64,000 bases of DNA from Guillardia theta CCMP2712 (Eukaryota; Protista; Cryptophyta). The notes below the pieces were generated by a model. The model saw only the letters and a list, made by a program, of their open reading frames with translations. It had not been told where the DNA came from and did not search any database. A program made the position numbers and the translations under genes. Positions 37,308-49,800 of the stretch are shown here, piece after piece (positions within the stretch are counted from its first letter, which is position 1; each line of letters starts with the position of its first letter). The stretch spans positions 806,016 to 870,015 of the forward strand of contig NW_005434670.1 of NCBI RefSeq assembly GCF_000315625.1, in the 5' to 3' direction.

Positions 37308-37918
37308 TCCTGTGCGATCCCATGCAATGCTGTCTGGTGCCGACCCATCGCCAGGGATTGAGAGCAGATCTTAGATTGAGGAAGAAGAATGAGGAGGGAG
37401 GGAGGGAGGGAGGGAGGGAGGACAAGGACAAGGACAAGGACAAGGACAAGGACAAGGACAAGGACAAGGAGGAAGTGGAGGAGGAGGAGCTCTTTCCTCG
37501 TCGTCCTCCTCGTTGATATCTTGCTCGTCCATGCTCTGCTACCATACCAAGTCCGAACCAACAAGTTTGACAACGAAGAAAATAAAAGTGGGGCCCCACC
37601 CCTACCATGTCTTCATTTGAAGAACCCCTGAAAGGAGTAATAGAATGGAGGGTATAGACTTGAAGTAGAGTACCCCCTACCCCACCAGTAGGTCAAAGAC
37701 CTCCGATCCAACATGGTATGAAGAGGGAAGGAAGGGAGGAGATGGAGGCGAGCGTCTCGCTGATGTCAGACGGCTTTGTTTGCATGCTGTCGATCAAGAT
37801 GCCACAAGTTGGGTAGACCGAGGGGAGAGGAGAGCCGTTGGCTGCGATAGCAACAAACCTCTCAAGCATGTTCGGGGATGAATGATGTATGGTACATGCA
37901 CCTCGATAGAGTTGGAGA

Positions 37919-40618
37919 ATGACATCAGGTATGAGGCAGGAAGTTGACGTCATCTCGTCCCTCTGACATCTGGATAGAACATTGCAGCACGGGGTTTGCC
38001 TTGACTTCAATCGTCGCGCTCGCAGCTCTATGGTTTTCATGTTTCCCGATCGAGCAAGACGAGTTTCTTTTCCCTCTCAACGAAGGTTTCTTCTCCTTCT
38101 ACTGCTTCTTTGCTCTCAGCCTGAGGGTGCACAGATCTCTCGCTGCGGAGACTCTTGAAGGGACATGTACATGTAGCTCCTGGGGACCCGCTGCGTTTCT
38201 TCGATAGCGAGAACTGGATATCAAACCCTGACCTCAACGGTCCAACCAGGAGCCCGGGCACCATTTCAGACGAGGCTGCAAGGCGGCGTGGGGAGCAGAA
38301 GCACGATATGAGTCAGGGACCAGGTCAGGGACCCCCGCACGAGGAAGGGGATGCAGTTTGCAGGCACAGAGGTTACATCGGAATCAACATCTCCCTTATC
38401 CCTGGTATCGGATGGGGAAACCTGGGCCTTGCCCTCTTGTTCGGGCTCTTCAACGACTCAATGTGAGCTTGGAGGGTTGCGATGCCCTTTGACATGTGAC
38501 GCTCGATGCTCATTCAGCAGCGACGGCCGCGAGCCTCTGCTGTTCGGAGAGGTACATCCCAGTGCACTGAGCCCGGAGTATCCGCAGCATGAGAGGGTCA
38601 AGAAGGTGTGGCATGGCATGGCATGGCATGAGGTCAGGGACTGATGATGGCGGACAGATACTGAGAGCGCAGGAGGACATGAGGAGAAGACAACTTGCAA
38701 GGACCAAGACGGGTAACTGTCAGATCTGCAGTAGCTTCCTCCTGATCAGCGTCTTGTCCCTTCTGTTTGTTAGATATTCCGATGATTCACGCCGTCGATC
38801 ATATGCACTTCCATCGCCCGCGGCTGGTGGGGAGGCCCAACCTTGGAATCATCTTCTTCGATAGCGTCAGTTTTAGCCCGGAGTTGGTTCGTTGGATTCT
38901 TGGCTGCCTCAATGTCAGTCTCCGCTTGAACAATTCCCAGATCTCAGCCGCGGAGCGAAATTTCGATGGAATCATTGTTGGGTCTACATGGAATGCTCAG
39001 GTTTGGCAGAAAACACCTGCCAACTACAACAACTCTGAAGAATGTTGTTCAGATACTGAATAAGTCTGGTATCCAGATACCCGTTCACCGCATGTTCCAG
39101 GTGCTACCGTCTGCTCTCTTCCCTCAAGAAGAACTGAGTCATGCCAGGGAGTAGACACAGACGTGTTCTATCCAGCAAACAGGCAGGCCGGGCTCGAAGG
39201 GGGGCAAGGAAAGCAACAAAGGGAGCAGCAGGCCTTCTTGCAGGTTGCAAGACCTTACAAGCTGCGCGATCGATTCGTCGTCTTCTCGGGAGGAAAGTTC
39301 GAACTTCGCAAAGCGCAGGACATCGGTAGCGCACGCTTGATCCCCTCTTTGCCCGTGATTCTGTCACAGTGACCGCAGCCTTCCGCGAGCTCCTTGCGCA
39401 GAAACTGGACCCCAGACCCATCCTCTTGTTTGCTTGGCACAATCCTTGGCCGATTCGTTGGTAGGGAGAGGATGGGAAAGGGCTGAGCTTTATGCGGGCG
39501 GCAACCGAAAGGGAGGAGGGCAGGAGGAGAAGGGGCGAGGGAAAAGAGGGGAGGATGGGAGAAGCGGAGGCGGAAGAATGGTTGGAGGCGTGGGACGCGG
39601 GGAGAGAACGGAAACTTTCTTTTTGAGTTTCTTCGCAGGTATGCAGAGGGGGGAGGACCTGGGTACACCAAAGGGATGCCGCAGCTACAGGCGGATGGGA
39701 GGTACGACTTTACAGAGGTGAGAACTAAGAAGGGAAGAGAGAGAAGGAGGGGAGGGCGAGGAGAGGAGAGGCGCGGCATTCCTTGACTGAGGTCTCAAGT
39801 GGCTCTCGCTCAACGGCATCTCTCCATCGGACTCTTTCGACCTCGGTGACTCCAGCTGGAGACAATCCCTTCCCCCCAGCTCACGCCCAGCAGGTCATCG
39901 CAGCGCAGAGGAGCTGTCAAGTGTCCTGAGGAACTGGGTTGACGTCGCCGTGTTCCCGAACCGATGCGAGGGAGGGACGAACCTGGTGGCCATGGAGGCA
40001 AGCTGACGCTGCTCGGAGGGAGAAGCGTGCCTGACAGACGTGCAGGCCATGGCAAGTGGAGTTCCCGTCATCCTCTCTGCCAACACAGGTGACGAGTCCT
40101 AATCCCTCCCCCCCCCCTCTCCCCCCCCTTGATCTCCTCCTCCTCATCCTCTCCTGCCAACCCCAACCCCTTCTCTCGGTCTTCTGCGTATACGTTGAGA
40201 TGAGACGAGGCTGCAGGGCATTTGGATCTCATCCAGCTCGCCTGTCCCCAAGGAGATGCTCCGACCGCCTCCTGCGTTCCTCTGCGGAAACAGAAGGCCA
40301 TCGTGAGCTCCACGGAGGGGGCCACGAACCCTTACACGGGCTGGGGGGAGAGCTACCTCGGTATATCGATCCTCTCTCGTGATCATGTGATTCGCGTCAG
40401 ATGAGATCGTGAGCGCCATGAAGGGGCTCCTCGCGGACCCAGCAAGGTCGAGGAAGGTGGGAGGCAATGCGGCGAAGGTGGGTGGGGGTGTGAAGATTCC
40501 TCCCCTGACTCACTACACGCAGTTCATTCGAGCTCGCATGACATGGAACACAACAGTCCGCTCGCTGAAGCAAGTGATCGGCATGGAAGAGAGAGCAGGG
40601 AAGGGAAGAACGACATGA
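37919..40618 (+). CDS. Glycosyltransferase family 4 (GT-B) with an N-terminal signal anchor, multi-exon
   Basis: Spliced motifs VVFSGGKFELRKAQDI, DVAVFPNRCEGGTNLVAME|AMASGVPVILSANTG|HLDL (two-Glu GT4 acceptor motif) and MTWNTTV. Hydrophobic N-terminus FALTSIVALAALWFSCF. Confidence 0.85.
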
Positions 40619-40899
40619 TGTATAAATTGTTCGAGAAGATTCAAAGAAGATCCGCACCTGCTCTCTCTCTCTCTCCTGTACTCGCATCCTGCAGTGTTCG
40701 CCATGCACTCTCGAAGCTCCGAGCTCCGTCAGTCTTCACATCTGCTTCCATCGCCGCCATTGACTCCCGCCCTCGCCAACCTTTCCCCCGGCCATTCCGC
40801 CCTCTCCGATCCGTCGGAGGCCCCGAGCGCGAACTCCGAAAAACTGGTCAGAGGGTGGGGTGGGTGAGGATTTGACGTCTGACGGGATAGAAAAAGACA

Positions 40900-41145
40900 G
40901 GAAGGAGGGAGGAAGGTAGAGAGAGGGAGGGAGAGGTAGGGAGGAGGAGGGAGAGGAGGGAAGGAGAGGGAGGGAGAGGAGGGAAGAGGGAGGGAGGGAG
41001 AGGGAGGGAGGGAGGAGGGAGGGAGGGAGGAGGGAGGAGGGAGAGGGAGGGAGAGGGAGGGAGAGGAGGGAGAGAGAGGGAGGAGGGAGAGGGAGGGAGA
41101 GGAGGGAGAGGAGGGAGGGAGAGGAGGGAGGGAGTGGGAGAGGAT
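40900..41145. repeat. Polypurine (G/A-only) low-complexity tract
   Basis: About 245 bp almost entirely G and A. Confidence 0.85.
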
Positions 41146-41280
41146 GTACTTTGGGAGAGTTAGGGGACGTTTGATACCCTAAGAAAGGAGAAGGGAGCAC
41201 AAAGAGCCAGAAGGAGCCATGGGGGTTGATGAAAGCTCGCCCAGCCGTCAAAAACAACTCCCACATGCGCATGTAGAGCC

Positions 41281-42426
41281 ATGGAGATGCTGAACTCCGC
41301 TACCAGCGCAAGGGCTGATTGGGTGCATGTTTGTGCAGGTGTGTGGGTATCGGCAGATATCGGAGTGATGAAGCGTAGGGAAGTTCACGGTATAACAGGT
41401 CAACTTTGATTGCTGCATAAACACGATTTTGATGACCCTGGTCCCTGATCAGATCGTCAGCATTAACCTCTGCGAATGCTCTGATGGGAGCAGCACAGGG
41501 TGCTTTCAACAGGAGAAGTGAGCGCCTTGCCCTGATCAGGGAGCTGCTCATTCTTCCTCTCCACAGGCGACAGAGGCGGGGTTGACGTGTTCCTGGGCCT
41601 CCGCCGGCAGACGAAGGAGAAAGTGCCGGATCTCTTCGGCTGTGGGATCATATGGCGGCTCGACAAGAAAGGATGCATGGTAAGGAGCAGCAGATGCCTG
41701 ACCAGGAGCTAACTCGGCAACTCCCTGTACTCCCAGGTAGTCAGCGGAGTGGTACCCAACAGCCCAGCTAGTGTGGTGAGCCTTGTCCTACTCACATCGC
41801 ATGCAACCGGCGCTGATCGCGGCGTAGAGCACTCCCTCAATCCTTGTCGGCGACATCCTCCTCAGCGTCGACGGCGTCGAAGTCCCGGAGGCGCTGGACC
41901 AGGCGCAGGTGGCGCAGGTGGCGCAGGTATGTGACTGGGATTTCATCGTCTGCTCCTGCCTTGAACGCCCTCGCAGTCCTTCCTCGGACCTGAAAACTCA
42001 ACGATCGTGCTGGGACTCTGCCGCCCTCTCAAGATCCCCATCGATCCATCGCAGCTGGAAGTGACTGGCACTGGAGGAGGGTGTAGGCCTTACAAGGTTC
42101 CAGGCTCTGACCGAGGGGAACGCTGACTACTTCCTCGGCATCTTGGGTGACGTCACCTGTGCGACGTTCCATGTTGAGATCACGGTGCGAGACGTCAACG
42201 GGCCTGTTCCTCCCTCGCTGATGCTTCCCCTCCTCGCTGGCTGATGCTTCCCCTCCTCCCTCGCTGATGCTTCCCCTCCTCGCTCGCTGATGCTTCCCTT
42301 CCTCCCTCGCTGATGCTTCTCCTCTGCTAGCGATTCGCCTACAAGAAGGAGTCCAACGAGGGCTGGAAGGAATTTGTGGAGAGCGGTCAGATGAGCCTTG
42401 ACGAAGATAGTCGGATTCTGTTTTGA
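41281..42426 (+). CDS. Small PDZ-domain protein, multi-exon; start uncertain
   Basis: Spliced FGCGIIWRLDKKGCM|VVSGVVPNSPASV|STPSILVGDILLSVDGVEV...|FLGPENSTIVLGLCRP. The last intron holds a ~20-bp tandem repeat (CCTCGCTGATGCTTCCCCT, about 5 copies). Stop TGA at 42424-42426. Confidence 0.7.
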
Positions 42427-42543
42427 GATGCTAACGAGGATTAAGAGCTTTCCGTCCTCCTATGCACCATCTCCAGCTCCCCCCCCCCCTCCTCTGCAAC
42501 TTATGCAAGTCGGAATCGAGCTCAGGGAATGAATTCCGTCATG

Positions 42544-45406
42544 TCATGCAACATCGACCATGGCTCGCAACGTCTCCATGACATTCTTTTTCACGTCGCA
42601 CACACGTCCGAGCGCTCCTCCTCTCATCTTGTCGAGCCGGGCATGGCCTCTTCCCTCTCCTCCCTGTTGGGCAATCGGAGCGTCAGCAGTGCCAGCGATG
42701 GCAGAGGAAGCGGAGGACGTACCGCAGCGTCCTCTTGATGAGCTGAAGCTCGATGAGGTCCACGCCTGAGTAGTCGTTTTGGAAATGGACAGGAGCAGAC
42801 TGTTCCAGCAAATCTCACAAAAAAAGAAGGTAGGAGGGGCACCAAGGTCACCGGGGAGGCTTCTGTGCTCAGTGGTTGCAGCTGTAGCCCAGGGATCGTG
42901 TGTATGCCCCCGTCTCCCTTCTGCCTGTGACTACAGCAGTGTCAGCGCTACCCTCCTCGCTCAACAAGTGTGTTGCCGCACAAGACGTGAATCTTCCCCC
43001 CCGTGGAGCCGGCGAGGAGGTTGTTCGAAGTTGCATCCCAGTACAGCGAGACGACAGGGCCGCTGGTGATGTGCAGGCTTTGGAGGTTGACAAGCCTTGA
43101 GGAGTCGAAGATGTTGACCTCACCCCTCTCCTCCTTCCTCTTCTTCTTGGATCGGGCGGAGGAGCTCGAGAAGACTCTAGAGCCTACTGCAAAGAAATTG
43201 CCATCGGGGCTGAAGCAGATGGCAGAGCCAAAGCTGGAACAGTCAACGTTCTCAAAGATCTTGACCGGCTTGTCAGTTCTCCTAACATCCCAGACCTGGA
43301 CTTCAGATGAGTGTCCCCACTGGCTCCTTCTCCCCTGCCCGGTCTCCCTCCCTCCCTCCTCCTCCCTCCTCCCTCCTTCCTTCTCCTTCTTTCTGTACCT
43401 TCACTGTCTTGTCCATCCCCCCTCCCTGGCTCACAATCAGCCGCTTCCTATCCAAGTACGCCAAGGCACATGGCAATCCGGATGCGTCAACATTCAGGTG
43501 CGCGTCCCTGGAAGGAGCGAAAGTCTCAGATGGCGTCCGACGCATCGGGCAGAAGCTACTTGATTGTGATTTCTGGCTTCTCAGCGTCTGTGAGGATGCG
43601 ATTCCTCTTTCCGACTCGGTCATCCCACATGACGATATTCCCTTCCGAAGTCATCGCAAGGACTCCGCCCACGTCCGAGGGGACGGCACAGGGAATGGGG
43701 ACTTTATGCTGCTCAGGTGAGGCAGCAAAGGATGAGACATCGCCCACGTGACAACTCCTCACGTCCCACAGGCGGACAGTCCCGTCTCCTGCCTGATCTT
43801 GGGATCAGAAGTCACCAGCAGCATGTGTTCGGGTTCACCGCAGTGTAGCACCAGCCTGACTTCCTTGGATGCCAGAAGGCTGCAGTCAGCGATGCAATAT
43901 GTCCAGCCGTGTCTTCGATGTACTGCAGGAGTGCAATGCGAGCGTGAGCCGGGCAGGTCGAAAGAAGTTTGACTTACATCATAGTATGGGTTTCCTGCCT
44001 TGAAGTCTACCAGAGGACGTCCTGGTAGAGACTTTGTCATTCTAAGTCGCTGAGAGGGGGTTCAGCTCAGCTCAGGACCTGCTCGTCTCTTGAGCCCATG
44101 TCGAAACAAAGCCGCCTGATGAGAGGAGGTAGCCACGATGAGCAACATCTCGTTCTTCCCTTCTTCCACGGTGAGGTCTTCTGGCAGGAAGGTGTTGGAT
44201 GGATGAGGACAAATCTATGACAACGATCAACAATATGTCATAGCATTGAGGGCCTCACTTGAATCTGCTTCACGCTACACCCTGGAGCAGGTTCAAAGGA
44301 GTGAGACGGCGTCAGTTTGGTCGGATCCACCCGCCTGAAGACCTACTGAGCATGTCTAACATGTCCAGGCCCGCTATCACCTCAGGTCGAACGTGTGAAT
44401 CTCATGGTCCATACCGCCTGAGAGGAAGACATCTGACTTGTGACCTGCAGCAAGTCGATGAGAAGAGAAGAGACAGGAAAGCTCGTCCACCTGTGATGGT
44501 CAGGACTGGACCACCGTGCCCATGCAGGATCGTTTCGTGTGTGAATTCAGGGAACGGGGCTGATTTAGAAGCCTTCCGCTACTTCAGCATGAACATTTGA
44601 AGAGCATTTTAGACCTCGCTCTCCTCCTCGACTGGACCTCCAGACAAACGGGTGTTGACTTCGCTCGCGACCTTCCGACGCTTTTCTTCTACGTGAAGCT
44701 CAAGCTTGAAAATGGACTGTCGAACAAACCTGCTTGGATCTCCAAGAAACTTTGGTCACACGCTCTCTTGCTGGATACATGCTCCTTATCTTTGAGAATC
44801 GTGCGAACATCATGAAAGTCTCGTCTGCACCCCATCACTCGTGCGACTGTTGAGCGGATTTCCAAGTCTGAATTCTCAGAGTCTTTTGAGTTAAAATCCA
44901 CCACTCCTCCTAACGGCATCACACTCTGGTCGACCTTCTCCTCGTCTTTGTCCACGTCGTCGTTGCTTGTGACTTTGGTGGCTCCAGCCTTTTCTTCACT
45001 CAATTTCCTCTCATGGAGCCCGCAGCCACACGGCATCGTCCACTGCCTGAAAGCACAAGATCATGCAAGGAAGCAGCGGGATGGAGCCACCTTTCTAAGG
45101 AGATCATGTCATAGTAGTAGCTGCCAGTGGTTGCAATAAGAAAACTTCATCGATCACAGGGCAAATCCAAGTACAGGGGACGCACGTTCGGTTGGTTTCG
45201 GGGTCAATCGATTGTATCCATCCGCCGGGCAGGCGACATCCTTCAGCATGGGAGGCCCCTCCTCTTAGAATGAGCGGCATTACTTGGTTCTTGGCCGTGT
45301 ACAGCATGCCAACTTCCCGCAGAGACCGCGAGGCTGAACGGCAGCATGGTACCATGAGCAGGAGGACGATCGCAGTTCCGAAGGAGATGCTGCCCTGCTT
45401 TGCCAT
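42544..45406 (-). CDS. WW-domain + WD40 protein, WDR70/GAD-1-like, with a signal-peptide-like leader; multi-exon
   Basis: Spliced WW domain LPGGWIQSIDPETNRTYYYDMISLERQWTMP. WDR70-like segments FTHETILHGHGGPVLTI, FLSGGMDHEIHTFDL, DFKAGNPYYDYIEDTAGHIASLTAAFWHPR, GDGTVRLWDV and C-terminal DAPIAQQGGEGRG. Confidence 0.75.
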
Positions 45407-45569
45407 CGCCTATGGACTCAGGAGGTCGGGATGTCTCTGGCATACTTCTCAACGAGTGAGGACCGGCATTAGAGTCGCTGAACAGCTCCCTTCTCCTCCC
45501 CTCCTCCCGCTTTCCTTCTCCCGTCCACCATGTCTGGGCAGCCGGATCTCAATGTTGATGCCAAGCGCG

Positions 45570-46185
45570 CCTCCGATTTTGTTCGCGCCGGGCGGGCTTC
45601 AACGTACGGTACCCGGCGGGGCGCCGGCCCGGGCCGGCGTGACAGTGCCGCTGTGACGGTCGGATCGGACAGTGCCGCGTACTAGGGCTGGCCCTGCCGC
45701 CGCCGTGAACACCGGCGTGACTGCTGCAGTGCGGCTGAGCGCGCCGCCGCGCGGCCCGCCGTGTGAGACCGGGGCCTACCCGCTGCAACAACTTGCCAAG
45801 TTGACCCGAATCTGAAGCGTTGCCTGTCACGTCGATGAACACTGCCATACTGGCAACTTGGCAAAGCCGGCCACTCAGTGATCGGACTCTCGGCGGCGCC
45901 GCCGCTCGACTCCGGCGAGTGAACCGCCGTGACATCATCATGAGCGGTGTCCCAACTGAGTTCGATTCACAGTCACGGACTGGCAACGGGAAGGACGCGC
46001 TCAGTCCAAGGCCGCCTTACTAACGACGTATCGCGCGGCTGGGGGTCCATGGCTTCCTGGATTCTAGAGCCGATTGCATGAAAAAGAACTTGAAAACTTG
46101 AAGTTGAAAGCCTGCCGCGGTCATCGGACCGGCCCGGCCGGGCGCCGGGCCCGGCCCGGCGGACCTGGGGTGCCAGTGACACGGT
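45570..46185. repeat. GC-rich intergenic segment with CCGG/GGCC palindromic clusters (possible dispersed repeat)
   Basis: For example CCCGGCGGGGCGCCGGCCCGGGCCGG (~45612) and CCGGCCCGGCCGGGCGCCGGGCCCGGCCCGG (~46130). A similar shorter patch lies at ~17255-17330. Confidence 0.4.
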
Positions 46186-46857
46186 TAAGTCGAGAGTCCA
46201 TATTTGTCTAGTTCGATTCTCGCACCCAGAAAGTCGTTACGAGGGGTACATAAGAAGTAGGTAGGGGTGCCATACCACCGGTAATTTCTCAAAGTATTGT
46301 AGGGGTACTAAAAGGTTTTCGGATAGCAATGGGAGGGTTGTGGGGGTACTCGGAGGCCCCATGCACGGTAAGCCCGTGGGCGCAATGAAGGAGAGAGATG
46401 AGCGGGGAGGAAGGGATCAGACAGGAAGACGATTGCTTGAGATAGTTGAAAAGGACACGATGACATAGGCATTCACCCTATAGCTGTCATGAAGCCGTTC
46501 GCCAACACAGTTTCCTCCCCGCCCTCCGATCTCCCCCCTCTTGTTACAAATGGCAGTTTGAACTGCGTCGGGACGGTTGCAAGAGATTGGAGCTGATTTC
46601 CCCTCCCCATTCACCCGCCTTCTCCATGCACGTTTTTGGCATCTAGATGCGATCTAGTTGACACTCAAAAGATTAGTCTAGATCGATCATGTTCATATGA
46701 TGAATTGAAATCCGAAGGTTTCTGATAGGCTCAACTGACATCAAAGTGCTGTAGGCCAGCCTGTCGCCACCTCATACCGAACGATGGCATTGTGCAGTTC
46801 TGACTGGTAGAGCATGGTCCATCAGACGCTCTATCACGAGTAAACCAGCGCCTCGCC

Positions 46858-49800
46858 ATGGAATCAGACCGCCTGCGGAAATCGGCTCTAGAATCCAGGA
46901 AGCCATGGACCCCCAGCGGAGCGCACAAGTACTGGGCCGACGCTAATGCTCTTGAGTTGAGAGCATCGTCAACACATCGGCCATGGTCGGCGGTTCAGGC
47001 TGTGAGTGATTGTTGAGCATGCCTGGACTGTTTGACTGACCGTCGTCGTGCAGCGTGTGGACACCAGGCGAGCTTTCGAGAAGAAGCTGAACTTCTCCGA
47101 GGAGGAGATCCTGGAAAATTCTCGGCCTGAGATCAAGGTGAAGGACAAGTCTGAGCTGAAAACTTTCGGTCGGCGAAAATGGAGGGGGGTGGCGAGTCTT
47201 TTCCGCTTCTCCTACAGGTCGCAAACCCTGAACCGGACAAGGCGGATGATTCTGCAAGGGGTCAAGGAGAAGGCTGTGGGGCAGATCCCAGTGTTTGCGG
47301 GGCTAGGAACGTTCACAATCCGCTCTCTCTCGCTGACTTCGCTCAAGGGAATGGGAATGCATGCAGAGGTGAAGCGGATTTACATGCAGAACAACCTCCT
47401 CACGTCGTTCGAGGGCTGGGAGTTCCAGCCCTCCTTGGAGGAGCTGCATGCTGAAGAGAACTTCCTCGAGAGCTTTCGCGGCGTCTGTGAGCAGCCGAAG
47501 CTCGAGAGCATCTGGTTGCAAGGAAATCCAATCACAAGATGCTACTGCTACCGCGTCATGGCGATCTGTGCGTTTGGCAAGAGCCTTCGGTACATCGACG
47601 GGCAGGCTGTGAAGAAGGAGGAGGCAGAGAAGGCGCAGGCCCTTGGAGCGATGGCTGCGGAGGCCGTACGTGACGGATGGCTGGTAGACACTGCACCCAA
47701 TCCTGACGCGGAGTTCGACCTCAGCTTCGAGGAGTATAGGGATTTCCGCAAGTTCGCTACTCCCCTGGTGACGTGGGCAGCGGAAGACAGTGACAACGAA
47801 AGAGAGATGGCAGATGTCAGCAGACAATCGTTGAGATCCTCTCGCTCACAACCTCGCAAGCTCGGAAGGAGTCAAGACTTGTTGCCCCCCAGTCGCCATT
47901 CTGCCTCCCTGCACGGGAGCCGTTTATTGGACCAGTCCGGGTCCGACGACGAGTCGCTTCACAGCGAAGACCTACAAGGGGAGAGGAAGCGAGTGAATGT
48001 AGCTCGTCTCCTCCAGGTGTTGACGTCGAAGAGCAAGATGCTGGAGGAGCAGCTGGGGGAGCAGCTGAAGAGTCAGGTGGAGACGTTGGACAGCATCAGG
48101 AGGAAGCCTAGCCAAGGGAAGACTCTCGAGGTAGAGGAAGACGTAGAGGAGGACGAAGGTCTTGTGCGAGGAAACGGTTTCACAACTCCTGAGAGGAATC
48201 GAGTTCGCGAGGATGAATCTCCTCCCGGGAGTGGGTCGGCCCTGAAGAGAAAGGTGGAAGCAAGGAGAAAGCAGGAGGGTTCGGACGGCCTGTCTTCGAT
48301 GCTCAAGGAATGGTCGTCGCTGAAAAGCTCGAAGAGCTCCCTGAAGTCTTGCCTGGTGGTGGAGAAGAGCCCAGTAGAGGACTGGAAGGACGGGAGGAGG
48401 AAGCAGCGGAACAGGCTCAGCTGGAGTCAGAGTCCCACAGCGAGGCAGCCGGAGGCCGCAAGAGAAAGTTCTTGGCTGGAGGAGGAAGCAGAGTCGAAGC
48501 TGCGCAGCAAGATCTTCACTCACGGGATTGCTCCTCGCACGTCAAGAGGATTGCAGAGGACGGTGATGGAGATCTGGAGCCGCGTCCTCCTACTGAAGCA
48601 GCGGGACGAGGCGACCAGCAAGGCAAGGGACAAGAAAACCCGGACGATGAAGAGCCAGCAGCATGATGAAAGAGATCCTTCTCCGCCGTCATCTCCTCGG
48701 TCCGGATCTGAGAGGCGACAAGGAGAAGGTGGTAAAGAGGAGCGGCATGAAGGTAGGAGGCTGGAAGCTGAGAACGCTTTACCGAATGCTGGATCGTCTT
48801 CAGATGAGAAACAGCAGGAGGGCACGGAGAAGAGAAAAGGGGAAAAGCGGGAAGATGCCACGTCATCGCGACCGCTGGAGGCGATTGAAGAGCCGAGGAG
48901 AGAGAAGTCAGTCCAAGCTCGTCGACGAGAGATTGAGGAGAGGCTGCGTGCGAAGCTCGATTCGAACCGCAAGGGAGGAGAGCGAAATGGAGAGCTGGGG
49001 GTCGAAACCTCGTTCGATGCTGGCGGGTCGAAGGATGAGGAGAATGGAGTGCAGGCATTGGTGTCGATGCCGAGGCAAGGAGATGATCGTTCCGTGGAGA
49101 AGCAACTTGCCCAGCATGCAAAGAATGAGGAAGCGAAGATGAAGGAGGGGCGGGTCGACGAGGGACGCGAGTCCGACGGGGAAGGGTCATGGAGGTCGGG
49201 AGAGGAGAGTGGAGGGGAAGATGAGGAGCATCTGCGGATGCTCTATGATCGCGAGGACAGACAACGCAGGGAAGAGGAGAATGATGCGCACAGACAGCGA
49301 GAAGTGGAGGCGGAGAGGGCGAGGAAAGCTCGGGAGGAGGAGGAGAGGGCGAGAAGGGCTCGGGAGGAGGAGGAGAGGGCGAGGAAAGCTCGGGAGGAGG
49401 AGGAGAGGGCGAGAAGGGCTCGGGTAGAGGAAGGAGGAGGAGGAGTAGAGGGCGAGAAGGGCTCAGGGACGGAGGAGGAGAACAGGGCTAGGAAGCTCGG
49501 GAGGAGGAGGAGAGGGCGAGAAGGGCTCGGGAGGAGGAGGAGAGGGCGAGAAGGGCTCGGGAGGAGGAGGAGGAGAGGGCGAGGAAAGCTCGGGAGGAGG
49601 AGGAGAGGGCGAGAAGGGCTCGGGAGGAGGAGGAGGAGGAGGAGGAGAGGGCGAGAAGGGCTCGGGAGGAGGAGGAGAGGGCGAGAAGGGCTCGGGAGGA
49701 GGAGGAGAGGGCGAGAAGGGCTCGGGAGGAGGAGGAGAGGGCGAGAAGGGCTCGGGTAGAGAAGGAGAGGGCGAGAAGGGCTCGGGTAGAGAAGGCTCAG

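Noticed and set aside
49420-49800. Programmed frameshift in the AIR9-like gene
   Set aside because: The frame break falls in a low-complexity 30-bp tandem repeat with scattered extra bases and no slippery site. Sequencing or assembly error, or a small intron, is more likely.
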